DNA of 64,000 bases from a virus (taxonomy: Duplodnaviria > Caudoviricetes), in the IMG/VR virus record IMGVR_UViG_3300034096_000868, positions 128 through 64,127 of that record; one strand, given 5' to 3'. The notes under the pieces are model-generated. The model was not told where the DNA came from, searched no databases, and was given only the letters and a program-made list of their open reading frames with translations. Positions 39,821 through 48,679 of the stretch are shown here, one piece after another. Position 1 is the first letter of the stretch. The number at the start of each line of letters is the position of its first letter. The position numbers and the translations under genes are program-made.

Positions 39821-42800
39821 TGGCAGCACCTTGTAAATACTATATCAACGGCAAAACGCTTTCAAAAGAGCAGTTTTTAGACTATGTAAAAACATTATCG
39901 CAAGATGAAATTGCTAATGTAACGCCTCTTATGAAAAAGAAAGTTGGTGAATTTCGCAGTAGTCATTTTGACGAGAAAAATATTTTAGTGCATATTAGGC
40001 ACAATACCCGAACAGATGCAGAAGGTAACAAAGTATTGTTTTTGGAAGAAGTTCAAAGTGATTGGGGGCAAACAGGTAAGAGAGAGGGGTTCAAACAAAA
40101 CAACTTAGAACAATTAAAAAATCAACTTGTTGAAGCAGAAAATGAATATAATAAATTAGATTTCATTAATTTAAAACTTTCAGAAGTAATGAATACTCCT
40201 GAAGCAAAAAAAGTTGAAGAATTAAGAGAAAAAATAAATGCAGAAGAAAAAGTTATAGCTCCTGCTCCATTTGTAATGGACACAAATACTTGGACTAAAT
40301 TAGGTTTAAAAGTAGCCCTTAAAGAAGCGGTTAAACAAGGTGCTGATAAGATTGCTTGGACAACAGGGGAACAACAAAATGAAAGGTATGATTTAAGTAA
40401 GAGCGTAAAAAAAATTGAATGGAGAAGAGATGGGGATTCCTATACGTTAAGCATAACAGGGATTGACAATAATACGGGAAGACCAGAAAGCGTACTGAAA
40501 GCAAAAGACCTTAACGAATTAGAAGGTATAGTTGGAAAAGAAATTGCCCAAAAAATATTTGATGAGTCAGAAAAAAAGAATAAAAAAGTAAATTTAGCAA
40601 GCAAAATATTTCAAGAGGGATCTTGGAGAAAAGCATGGAGTTACGAAACACCAAGCGGGTATGTCAAAAAAGCAAAAGAGGATACAAAAGAAAGCGCATT
40701 AGAAGGCGCAAAAGAAGCGTGGGGAGCAACGTCTTCTAATGGTGTAGTAGAAGGGGAAAATCTTAAAGTAGGCGGCAAAGGCATGAAAGGCTTTTACGGT
40801 TCTCCAACAGAAAATAGTTTAGGAATTGTAGGTAATGTAGCTAAGAGTTTGTTTAAGCAAGAGCCGAAAACGGTTGAAATTAAAGGACAAGAAAAAGGTG
40901 TAAACAAAAAACAATTTGAGTTTTCGGAAAAAGATGGGATGGTTCACGTAAGAGATTCTGATGGTAATTATGTTGGAGATTATGCGACTAAAAAAGATGC
41001 AGATATAGCAATAAGTGAATATGTTAATACACAAAATACCTCCACTCAACACTCCATAGACATAACACCCGAACTAAAAGCACAGGTAGAGGAAGGACAA
41101 GCGTTATTTCAAATAGATTCAAGCAATGCTTCTCAAAACGACAAAGAAACTGCTATCAAAAACTTAGTAGAAAAATGGAAAGCAGATGGACTATCTGATA
41201 CTGAAATTAAAAATATCCTTTCTGAATCACAAACAGGCAAAACTTTCATAGATAAACTTTTTCCTAAAGAGCCAAAAGAACGCTCATTTAGTAGAACGCT
41301 AGAAGATATGCCTACACAAGTGCAAAATCTAGTAGAAAATAAGGATTATATACCTACAACCAATCCCGAGCAAGAAGCCGTTGCCGATAACTTCATTAAA
41401 GAAAATGGAATTGAAGAAGCTACTAAAATATTAATCGATAATAAGACAAGTGAATTATCAGATGCCGAAACTAACATAGTAGCCATGAAGTTGATTAAAA
41501 TTAACAACAAAAATGGTAATTATAAAGAAAGTGCTAGAATATTTGATGAAGTTGCTGAAAAACTTACCGAAGCTGGTAGATTAATTCAAACTGCTGCACT
41601 ATGGAACTTAATGACAGAGCAAGGAGCAGTTGAATACGCTATGAGGTTAAAATCAAAAGGCAGAGTAGCACAAAAAGAAGTAGTAGAACAAGAAGTAAAA
41701 ACTACCAAAGAAAAAATTATAGAAATCGCAAGAGAAATAAATGGATCAAAAGAAATTAAAGATGCCATTGCAAAAATCTACTCAAAAAGAGAGCGTATAT
41801 CTAAGACTAAAAGCCAAAAAGCTATTGATTGGTTGGAAAGTATTAAGGTTAAAGATATGGCATTTACTGCTTTGCCTGGAGTAAACTTACTTCCTGCTAC
41901 CTACAACACTGCAATTAACATTATCCAAACTGGTATCAAAGCAAATATTATGTTAAATACGGCGGTTGCACAAGCTGTAAAATATATTCGTGAAAATATC
42001 ACTGCTGATGAAAGTTTTGATGAAAGCAAGTTCAAGAAATTCATACTAGATAATTTACCTAAGATTGAAGATGATGCCATAAAGGTTGCTGAACAAGAAC
42101 TAGGTAAGAAAATATCCGATGTGGTAAATGCTCACTATGATATTAAGGAAGAATATAAGAAATCATTACTTGATAGCATATTGAGCAAAACTGACTTGAC
42201 GGAATTAGAAGCAAAGGTTATTGCAGATATAGTTGAAACCAAGTTTGCACAAGAAGCCGATAAAAAGCTAGATGCACTAGAAAAGAAACAAAAATCACAA
42301 GCTAAGAAAGTTGATGATAAAATTGCCAAGGTAGAATCTGAAATAAAAGCTATTGAGAATGGAACGTACAAGCAAGACAAAAAATATCCTACTACTAAGA
42401 GCGAGAAACAAAAAGAACTAGATGTTTTACGTAAGCAAAAGCGTGAATTACTAGGTACAGAGCAACCATACGTGAAAATTGTAGATAGAATCAATAAAGG
42501 GACAATTTCTAATACTGATATGAAAGAATTGCTTTATTCAGACATTGGATTATCTAATTTAGATGCAAATACCATAGCTAAAATTGAGGAAATGCATAGA
42601 AAAGTTAAGGATGCTCCACAAGGCTCGGCAGAACAAAGAGATAGATTAGCTGATTTACTAGATTTTATTGACAAAGAAATAAACGGAACAGATAATTGGG
42701 CCATTGCTAAAAGTTTAATGTATGCAAGTTTACTTTCGGCATCAAGTACGCAAGTAAAAAACTTTGTATCTAATACTATGCAAATGACTGCAGAAGCGTA

Positions 42801-44496
42801 CGTAAATTCTATGCTTATGTTAGCAAAAGGCGATGCAAAAGGAATATCTGGATTAGCTAAAGGATTGCTAGTTGGACTTGAAAGAGGTGGATTAGAAGCA
42901 ATAAAAGTGTTAAAGACTGGTTATGACCCAAATAAAAAGGTATTATTACTTGATAGCAACCCTAAAATATCTAGGAAAGATGTATTAGAATCATATACCG
43001 GTAATATTAAACCTATTTCGTGGGCAAAGTATGTTAGGAGATTAATGGTTGCAGCCGATACTTTATTCTACTATGGAGTTAAAGAAATGGAAAGCTATGT
43101 TTTAGCTAGACAAATTGCATTAAAAAGTGGATTGAAAGGCAAAGCATTGACTGATAAGATTAACGAAACCTTATTGAAAGGCGAATCGTACTACAATGAA
43201 TTTAAAAAACAAGCAATCCAGGAGGGATATTTAGATACTAAAACTCAAAAACGTAGGATATTTGAATTAATAGAAATGAATCGTGATAGGGCTATCACTG
43301 ATAAAGCCGATGTTTCAGCATTGAAAGCTACATATAACAATGACCCCGTTGGAGCATTAGGTACATTATCAAGAGGACTGCAGTCTTTGACTAATACCAT
43401 AACTAAAGCAAATAAACCATTAGGATTAGCTATTACTTCAATCATACCATTCACAAGAGTAATTTCAAACGTAGTAAATGAGCAATTAAATTGGACACCA
43501 CTAGGTTATGCAAGAGCATTGACTGAAAAAGGTAGTATATTTTCAAGTCCAGAGCAGATGAAGCTCACTGATGAAGAACGCTCTAAATTAGTTATCAAAG
43601 CAACTACCGGAATGTTACTTGCAATAGGATTTTTAGCTTATGCCTTAAAAGATGATGATGATGAAGATAAAATCTTTGATGTAACTGCTAATGGATATGG
43701 TAATAGTTACAAAAATACTGCATTATATCCACTAGGTTGGAAGCCTTATACTATTGGTATTAAAATGCCTAATGGTAAATGGATAAGATATAATTATCAA
43801 AATACTCCTTTTGGGCAATTACTTGGTATGATAGGAACTATTGCAGATAGCAAAAAGTACAATAAAGATGCCGATATGACCGATAGAGTAGGGTTGTTTG
43901 CATCTACTACTGCAAATCAAATGTTTAGCGCTAGTGCATTGCAAGGTGCATCCACTTTATTTGATGCACTAGGTAGTAAAGATAGCGAAAATATGAATAA
44001 GATATTAGAATTAGCTATATCTAAGGCGAAAATGCCAATACCTAACATTGCCAAAGAAGCCTACAACATATTCGATAACCAACTTTATGATAAATCGGAT
44101 ATAAAAGGAATGGTAATTAATAATGTGCCGGTATTCCAACTATTAGGCAGACCTAAATTGAATGTATTTGGCGAACCTATTAAGAAGTCAAGATATGGTG
44201 CATTGCTATTGTTACCTGAAACTGACAACACATTGAAATCATTGTATGAAGTAGGAGTTGTGCCAACTATTCCATTAAAAAACAAGAAAATCTATGGAGA
44301 GGAAATGACTAATGAGCAGTTCTATGATTATGTAGAAACTAGAGGTAAGTATTTAAGAAAAATCACAGAGGAAAATCTTGATTATATCACTAGTTTTACA
44401 GATAAGAGAGAGGCTAAATCAGCGTATAGTAATATTGAGCAACAAGCTACAAAAGAAGCAGAGGATATTATCTACAGCAGGTATTTCAAGAAATAA
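39820..44496 (+). CDS. large polyvalent cargo protein, part 2
   Basis: 1558 aa; SSHFDEKNILVH.R....G.KVLFLEEVQSDW near the N-terminus, then a long helical region; starts MAAPC. Confidence 0.7.
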   Translation: MAAPCKYYINGKTLSKEQFLDYVKTLSQDEIANVTPLMKKKVGEFRSSHFDEKNILVHIRHNTRTDAEGNKVLFLEEVQSDWGQTGKREGFKQNNLEQLKNQLVEAENEYNKLDFINLKLSEVMNTPEAKKVEELREKINAEEKVIAPAPFVMDTNTWTKLGLKVALKEAVKQGADKIAWTTGEQQNERYDLSKSVKKIEWRRDGDSYTLSITGIDNNTGRPESVLKAKDLNELEGIVGKEIAQKIFDESEKKNKKVNLASKIFQEGSWRKAWSYETPSGYVKKAKEDTKESALEGAKEAWGATSSNGVVEGENLKVGGKGMKGFYGSPTENSLGIVGNVAKSLFKQEPKTVEIKGQEKGVNKKQFEFSEKDGMVHVRDSDGNYVGDYATKKDADIAISEYVNTQNTSTQHSIDITPELKAQVEEGQALFQIDSSNASQNDKETAIKNLVEKWKADGLSDTEIKNILSESQTGKTFIDKLFPKEPKERSFSRTLEDMPTQVQNLVENKDYIPTTNPEQEAVADNFIKENGIEEATKILIDNKTSELSDAETNIVAMKLIKINNKNGNYKESARIFDEVAEKLTEAGRLIQTAALWNLMTEQGAVEYAMRLKSKGRVAQKEVVEQEVKTTKEKIIEIAREINGSKEIKDAIAKIYSKRERISKTKSQKAIDWLESIKVKDMAFTALPGVNLLPATYNTAINIIQTGIKANIMLNTAVAQAVKYIRENITADESFDESKFKKFILDNLPKIEDDAIKVAEQELGKKISDVVNAHYDIKEEYKKSLLDSILSKTDLTELEAKVIADIVETKFAQEADKKLDALEKKQKSQAKKVDDKIAKVESEIKAIENGTYKQDKKYPTTKSEKQKELDVLRKQKRELLGTEQPYVKIVDRINKGTISNTDMKELLYSDIGLSNLDANTIAKIEEMHRKVKDAPQGSAEQRDRLADLLDFIDKEINGTDNWAIAKSLMYASLLSASSTQVKNFVSNTMQMTAEAYVNSMLMLAKGDAKGISGLAKGLLVGLERGGLEAIKVLKTGYDPNKKVLLLDSNPKISRKDVLESYTGNIKPISWAKYVRRLMVAADTLFYYGVKEMESYVLARQIALKSGLKGKALTDKINETLLKGESYYNEFKKQAIQEGYLDTKTQKRRIFELIEMNRDRAITDKADVSALKATYNNDPVGALGTLSRGLQSLTNTITKANKPLGLAITSIIPFTRVISNVVNEQLNWTPLGYARALTEKGSIFSSPEQMKLTDEERSKLVIKATTGMLLAIGFLAYALKDDDDEDKIFDVTANGYGNSYKNTALYPLGWKPYTIGIKMPNGKWIRYNYQNTPFGQLLGMIGTIADSKKYNKDADMTDRVGLFASTTANQMFSASALQGASTLFDALGSKDSENMNKILELAISKAKMPIPNIAKEAYNIFDNQLYDKSDIKGMVINNVPVFQLLGRPKLNVFGEPIKKSRYGALLLLPETDNTLKSLYEVGVVPTIPLKNKKIYGEEMTNEQFYDYVETRGKYLRKITEENLDYITSFTDKREAKSAYSNIEQQATKEAEDIIYSRYFKK

Positions 44497-44521
44497 AAAA
44501 GCCACTCAATTAATGAGTGGC
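44495..44521 (-). terminator. intrinsic terminator between convergent operons
   Basis: GCCACTCA(A)TTAATGAGTGGC stem preceded by A6, which is a T tract on the minus strand. Confidence 0.7.
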
Positions 44522-44728
44522 ACATGTAGAATTTTAAATTTAATACGCAAATATAATGTTTTTTTATTAAAACAAAATATTAAAATCGCCAATTATTAAT
44601 TTTATTAGTATATATATCATACTTATTTTAATTACAATATCTAATATTGTAGAGTTCCATATTTTTTTTAATACGTCTATAAGTTTTTTCATTTTTTTTT
44701 ATTTAAAGTTAAAAATTATTTTAGATAC

Positions 44729-45142
44729 TTAAATCCCAAAAATTAATCCTACTGCATCTCTAGAATGCTCACTAGTTCTTTTATCCCATTTAGTCATTTT
44801 TGCGAATTGATCCGCCGAAACTTTTGTCTTGTTGTTCTTCGGGGCAACCATTTCAAAGTTATATCCTAAATCTTTGAGGAAATCCTCCCAAATAGTTGCA
44901 TCCCTTTTGATACTTCCTGCACCTTGTTGTTTTGCACTTGCATTACTCCCAAACCATTTACGTTGCCTTGCATCCTCAACACGAATTAGCGCTTCATTTT
45001 TGTCAAATTCTCGCACTTTATCCATTGCTTGATGTATTAGTATAGTTTCAACGACTTCAAGCCTTTTTTCAGCCTTATTCCAAACTGCAAAGCCAGTGTT
45101 TTTCCCAGTGTCAATTCCAATGTAGTATTTATAGTGCTTCAT
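44729..45142 (-). CDS. RuvC-like Holliday-junction resolvase
   Basis: YIGIDTGKNTGFA, VRVED and EHSRDA acidic RNase H-fold motifs. Confidence 0.75.
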   Translation of the reverse strand: MKHYKYYIGIDTGKNTGFAVWNKAEKRLEVVETILIHQAMDKVREFDKNEALIRVEDARQRKWFGSNASAKQQGAGSIKRDATIWEDFLKDLGYNFEMVAPKNNKTKVSADQFAKMTKWDKRTSEHSRDAVGLIFGI

Positions 45143-45157
45143 TATTCTATTTTCATA

Positions 45158-45421
45158 TTAATGAGGGCAATGTTCTGTTACATCTAAATAAGTGTCTTTG
45201 TTTGCACTTTTAAATAAGTTTGGATTATTTGCCATTATACAAACTCCAATAAGTTCATTTATGCTATACATAATTATATGTTCAACATAAAACTCTGTAA
45301 CAACTATTTCGTTATATGTTTTACTACTTTCTATTAATCGTAACATATCTTCTGAATACTTGTTACTTATACCACCATTGTACTTATCAAGTACTACCTG
45401 TATTTTGTCTTTTAGTGTCAT
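45158..45421 (-). CDS. hypothetical protein
   Basis: 87-aa ORF in the minus-strand operon. Confidence 0.5.
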   Translation of the reverse strand: MTLKDKIQVVLDKYNGGISNKYSEDMLRLIESSKTYNEIVVTEFYVEHIIMYSINELIGVCIMANNPNLFKSANKDTYLDVTEHCPH

Positions 45422-45577
45422 TAGTTTAGTTCTTTTAGTTTATTTTTAATAAAAAACCCAAACAAGGGCGGCTGTTTGGGTCTTTAGTACTATATAGAAA
45501 CCTCTTTTGAGGATTAATAGTTTATTTATGACTTATACCCGCCCGAGTAAGTGGAGCAAAGATAGTTATTTTTTTCA

Positions 45578-48451
45578 TTAATCAAAATTTATTTTCAAAT
45601 TTCTGATTATTTTTTCCAAACAAGCTACTACTATTGAGTTGCCACCTTGACGATACAACTGCGAATCAGATAAACTATTCTTAGGATTGGCCTCATTGTA
45701 TTTTTTCACATTATCCATAAAACTTTCCTCGAAGTCCATCAAACGGAATACTTCGGTTGGGGTTAATCGGCGTATTCTTTTGTTCTGATTTGTAGCTAAT
45801 CCACTTCTATCGCTTCTTAAAGCAGGAGAATATTTATCATAAACCCTTGTTTCTTCTCCAAAACTATTAGTTAAATCTAAAATAACAGGCTCTTGTGTTC
45901 CACCTTGAATAAAGTTTTGCTCAACTGCAATCTTAGGCTCTTGATTCCCACCACCCATAGTATGAATTGTTGGTGCAACACCATTTTTATCATAAACTCT
46001 ACCACTTTGCTCATGTGTTTTATCCCACTTGCCACCCGTTAGTTGATATTCTACTATCGGATTAGGTTCAGAACTAACCATAACTAAGTTATCTTTTTGA
46101 ACAGTTGTAATTGCATTGCTAGTGCTACTCTCATTTGGTTCAATATTCTGCTCAATAACTCCATCCTCATTATATCTGCCTCGCATAGCAACTATTGTAG
46201 GTTCGTCAAGTAATATATTTTTACTTCTAGCATCCGTATCTAAAGTAGTCATTACTCCATTTACATCATAAACCCTATTATGCTGAAATGGTTGTTTGCC
46301 TCCACTCTCTTTACTAGGATTTAATTGTCTTACTTCTGGAGTGTTATCTTCAATCACACCACTCTCCACATATCCATTGGCATAACCATGTGTTCTTGCA
46401 CACATATTTGGACTTACTCCATTATCTGAATAAACTTGACTTGCTTGTGTATCTTGATTGATAAATCCTACTTTGAGAATATTATCAGTAGGACATAAAG
46501 CTGCGTTAGCTCTTATTGTTACTGCTATTGAGTTTTCATCTTTATAATCTACTGCAAATCCTGTTCCTTTTTTATTATGCCTATCAGCATGACTTGTTAG
46601 CATATTTAACATACTATCACTCAAAAAATACTTTTCATCTACAATAGGTTCTAAAACATCTTTTAATCTTAGTTTTAAAACTTCTTTTATAGGGAATCTG
46701 AAACTATTATCTGCATCATCACGAATACCAACAATAAATATCCTTTCTCTATTTTGTGGCACTCCATGTTCTTTTGCATTTAGCACCTGGAAATAGATAT
46801 GATATGGCACACTATCCTCATAAGGAATAAAAGTTGCATTGCCATTAATTGATTTACCCCCTAGATAATTAATCCATTCGGAAAAAGTCTTACCATACTT
46901 AGCTTTTTTATCCGTTTTGTCATGTGAAAGCAAACCTTTGACATTTTCAAAAATGAAGTATTTGGGTTTATTTTCACGTATGAAGTCTAGTGAACTGAAA
47001 AACAAGACACCTCGTTTGTCATCTTTACCCTTTCTTTTACCAGCCAAAGAAAATGATTGGCAGTTATGTACTATTGCTTGATTAGCGGTATAAGAATGAT
47101 CGTTTTCAACCGTTATATCATAAACTTCTTCAACTTCTTCGGTTTGTTTAATGTATTTTATTGGATACCATATTTTATCGTCAATAACGACAGCGTTAGA
47201 TTGCTTACGCATTTCTTTTCTAAATTCTAATACATAATAATCTCTTTGATTAACTACTCTGCCTTGTATTATTGTTGTGTTTGGAGTTTTAACTATTCTT
47301 AAATTAGAATTTACATTGTGTATTTTAGCAATACAAAGTTGCAAACCCATCAATAATTCTTTACTAATAGAAGTTGCTCTAAATGCATCCTTATGAATAT
47401 GTCCATCTCCATCCATATATCCATTAACGAAATGTTTTAATATGTCAATAGGTAGGTTTATAATAGATTGAGGTATCCTTTTATTTATTGCTCCTTTACC
47501 TAAACCTATTTCTTTTATAAGATTTACTAATCCGTTTGAAAATATAAATAATTTGCGAACTCCATTTATTTCTTTACTAATATGATGTTTTACTTTTATT
47601 TTGGTAGATATTTCATCAACTTTATCTTTTCCTATTGCTAACATGACAGCGTCTCCTTTTGATTTGCCTTTATATTTCGACTCTCTTAACCATCCGTCAG
47701 CGACATATCTGCCTAATATGTAAGCTATTTCTTCTGTTATGCTATATTTATTTTCAATTAATTGAGGTATATTAATGCCAATAAAATGATTCTTAGTTAG
47801 ATTTTTAGCTTCTATCCATTTAGGTTCACTAAATACTCTTATTTGTGTTCTATTTTTATATACATAAGACTTTTCTCTAACATAATATTTATGATTCTCT
47901 GTGGTTTTAGTTTCTAATATTCCTTGAGCTTTTACATTTAATATTTTAGAGTATTTACTTCCTTTCGCTATTACCTTTTCGTACTTATTATTGTGAGTTA
48001 ATACCATATCTCCAATATTAATATCTTTAATTTGAACAAATCCTTCGCTTGTGTTTATTAAAGTATCTCCAGAAAAGCAAGGTACAGAGGACATATACAA
48101 GTCGATTGGATCTACCGGAACTTCTCTTTCATACATATTAAAAGGAAAATAGAATGAGAAAGTTTTAGCAAACTCATTGGCATCTACTAATATTTGCTTA
48201 TCTTCATCACATACTTCAATACTAGCATCCATTAGTGCAATCCTTTTTACTTCATCACAAAAGAACTTATGTTTTTTAGATTGTGCAATCTGAACATCTT
48301 TATCTGTTCCATATTGAATACAATAGTTTAGCCTAGCATAGTAATCAAAATCACACGCAAAACTTTCCTCATAGTCAATACCTAATCTTTTAACTGCTTG
48401 AATTAGAGAACCTACTCCACAGCAGTCCGAACCAACTTTAATTTTAGCCAT
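45578..48451 (-). CDS. C5-cytosine DNA methyltransferase containing an intein
   Basis: P-[intein]-CQSFS..GK (motif IV), FENVKGL (VI), PQNRERIF (VIII), RRLTP.E..RLM, YRQGGNSIVV (X). Confidence 0.9.
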   Translation of the reverse strand: MAKIKVGSDCCGVGSLIQAVKRLGIDYEESFACDFDYYARLNYCIQYGTDKDVQIAQSKKHKFFCDEVKRIALMDASIEVCDEDKQILVDANEFAKTFSFYFPFNMYEREVPVDPIDLYMSSVPCFSGDTLINTSEGFVQIKDINIGDMVLTHNNKYEKVIAKGSKYSKILNVKAQGILETKTTENHKYYVREKSYVYKNRTQIRVFSEPKWIEAKNLTKNHFIGINIPQLIENKYSITEEIAYILGRYVADGWLRESKYKGKSKGDAVMLAIGKDKVDEISTKIKVKHHISKEINGVRKLFIFSNGLVNLIKEIGLGKGAINKRIPQSIINLPIDILKHFVNGYMDGDGHIHKDAFRATSISKELLMGLQLCIAKIHNVNSNLRIVKTPNTTIIQGRVVNQRDYYVLEFRKEMRKQSNAVVIDDKIWYPIKYIKQTEEVEEVYDITVENDHSYTANQAIVHNCQSFSLAGKRKGKDDKRGVLFFSSLDFIRENKPKYFIFENVKGLLSHDKTDKKAKYGKTFSEWINYLGGKSINGNATFIPYEDSVPYHIYFQVLNAKEHGVPQNRERIFIVGIRDDADNSFRFPIKEVLKLRLKDVLEPIVDEKYFLSDSMLNMLTSHADRHNKKGTGFAVDYKDENSIAVTIRANAALCPTDNILKVGFINQDTQASQVYSDNGVSPNMCARTHGYANGYVESGVIEDNTPEVRQLNPSKESGGKQPFQHNRVYDVNGVMTTLDTDARSKNILLDEPTIVAMRGRYNEDGVIEQNIEPNESSTSNAITTVQKDNLVMVSSEPNPIVEYQLTGGKWDKTHEQSGRVYDKNGVAPTIHTMGGGNQEPKIAVEQNFIQGGTQEPVILDLTNSFGEETRVYDKYSPALRSDRSGLATNQNKRIRRLTPTEVFRLMDFEESFMDNVKKYNEANPKNSLSDSQLYRQGGNSIVVACLEKIIRNLKINFD
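47063..48079 (-). mobile_element. intein (339 aa) with a LAGLIDADG homing endonuclease
   Basis: starts CFSGDTLI, block B TTENHKY, LGRYVADG and FVNGYMDGDG motifs, ends VYDITVENDHSY...VHN, followed by Cys+1. Confidence 0.92.
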
Positions 48452-48460
48452 ATATGTATA

Positions 48461-48643
48461 TTATTTTAAGTATCTAAATAAGAAAAAAGGATTGAATGCA
48501 TTTTTTTCAGGTATAGTATCAATGCCATCATTTCTACTATTGCTTTCCTCACTGATATTGTGCAAGTAAATAGTGAAGTAATTGTAAATCACCAGGACAC
48601 CATAAAAGAATAGTATGATTATTAGTAGTAGTTCCATGTTCAT
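48461..48643 (-). CDS. small membrane protein
   Basis: hydrophobic N-terminus; lies just downstream of a -7 element at 48663-48670. Confidence 0.4.
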   Translation of the reverse strand: MNMELLLIIILFFYGVLVIYNYFTIYLHNISEESNSRNDGIDTIPEKNAFNPFFLFRYLK

Positions 48644-48662
48644 TATTTTAGTTTTAGAACTG

Positions 48663-48670
48663 CAAATATA
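48663..48670 (-). promoter_or_regulatory. -7 promoter element (minus strand)
   Basis: CAAATATA = TATATTTG on the minus strand. Confidence 0.55.
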
Positions 48671-48679
48671 TAAAATTAA

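Noticed and set aside
33789-44285. Numerous short minus-strand ORFs (also those opposite other long genes)
   Set aside because: They are antisense shadows of long, motif-bearing genes on the other strand.
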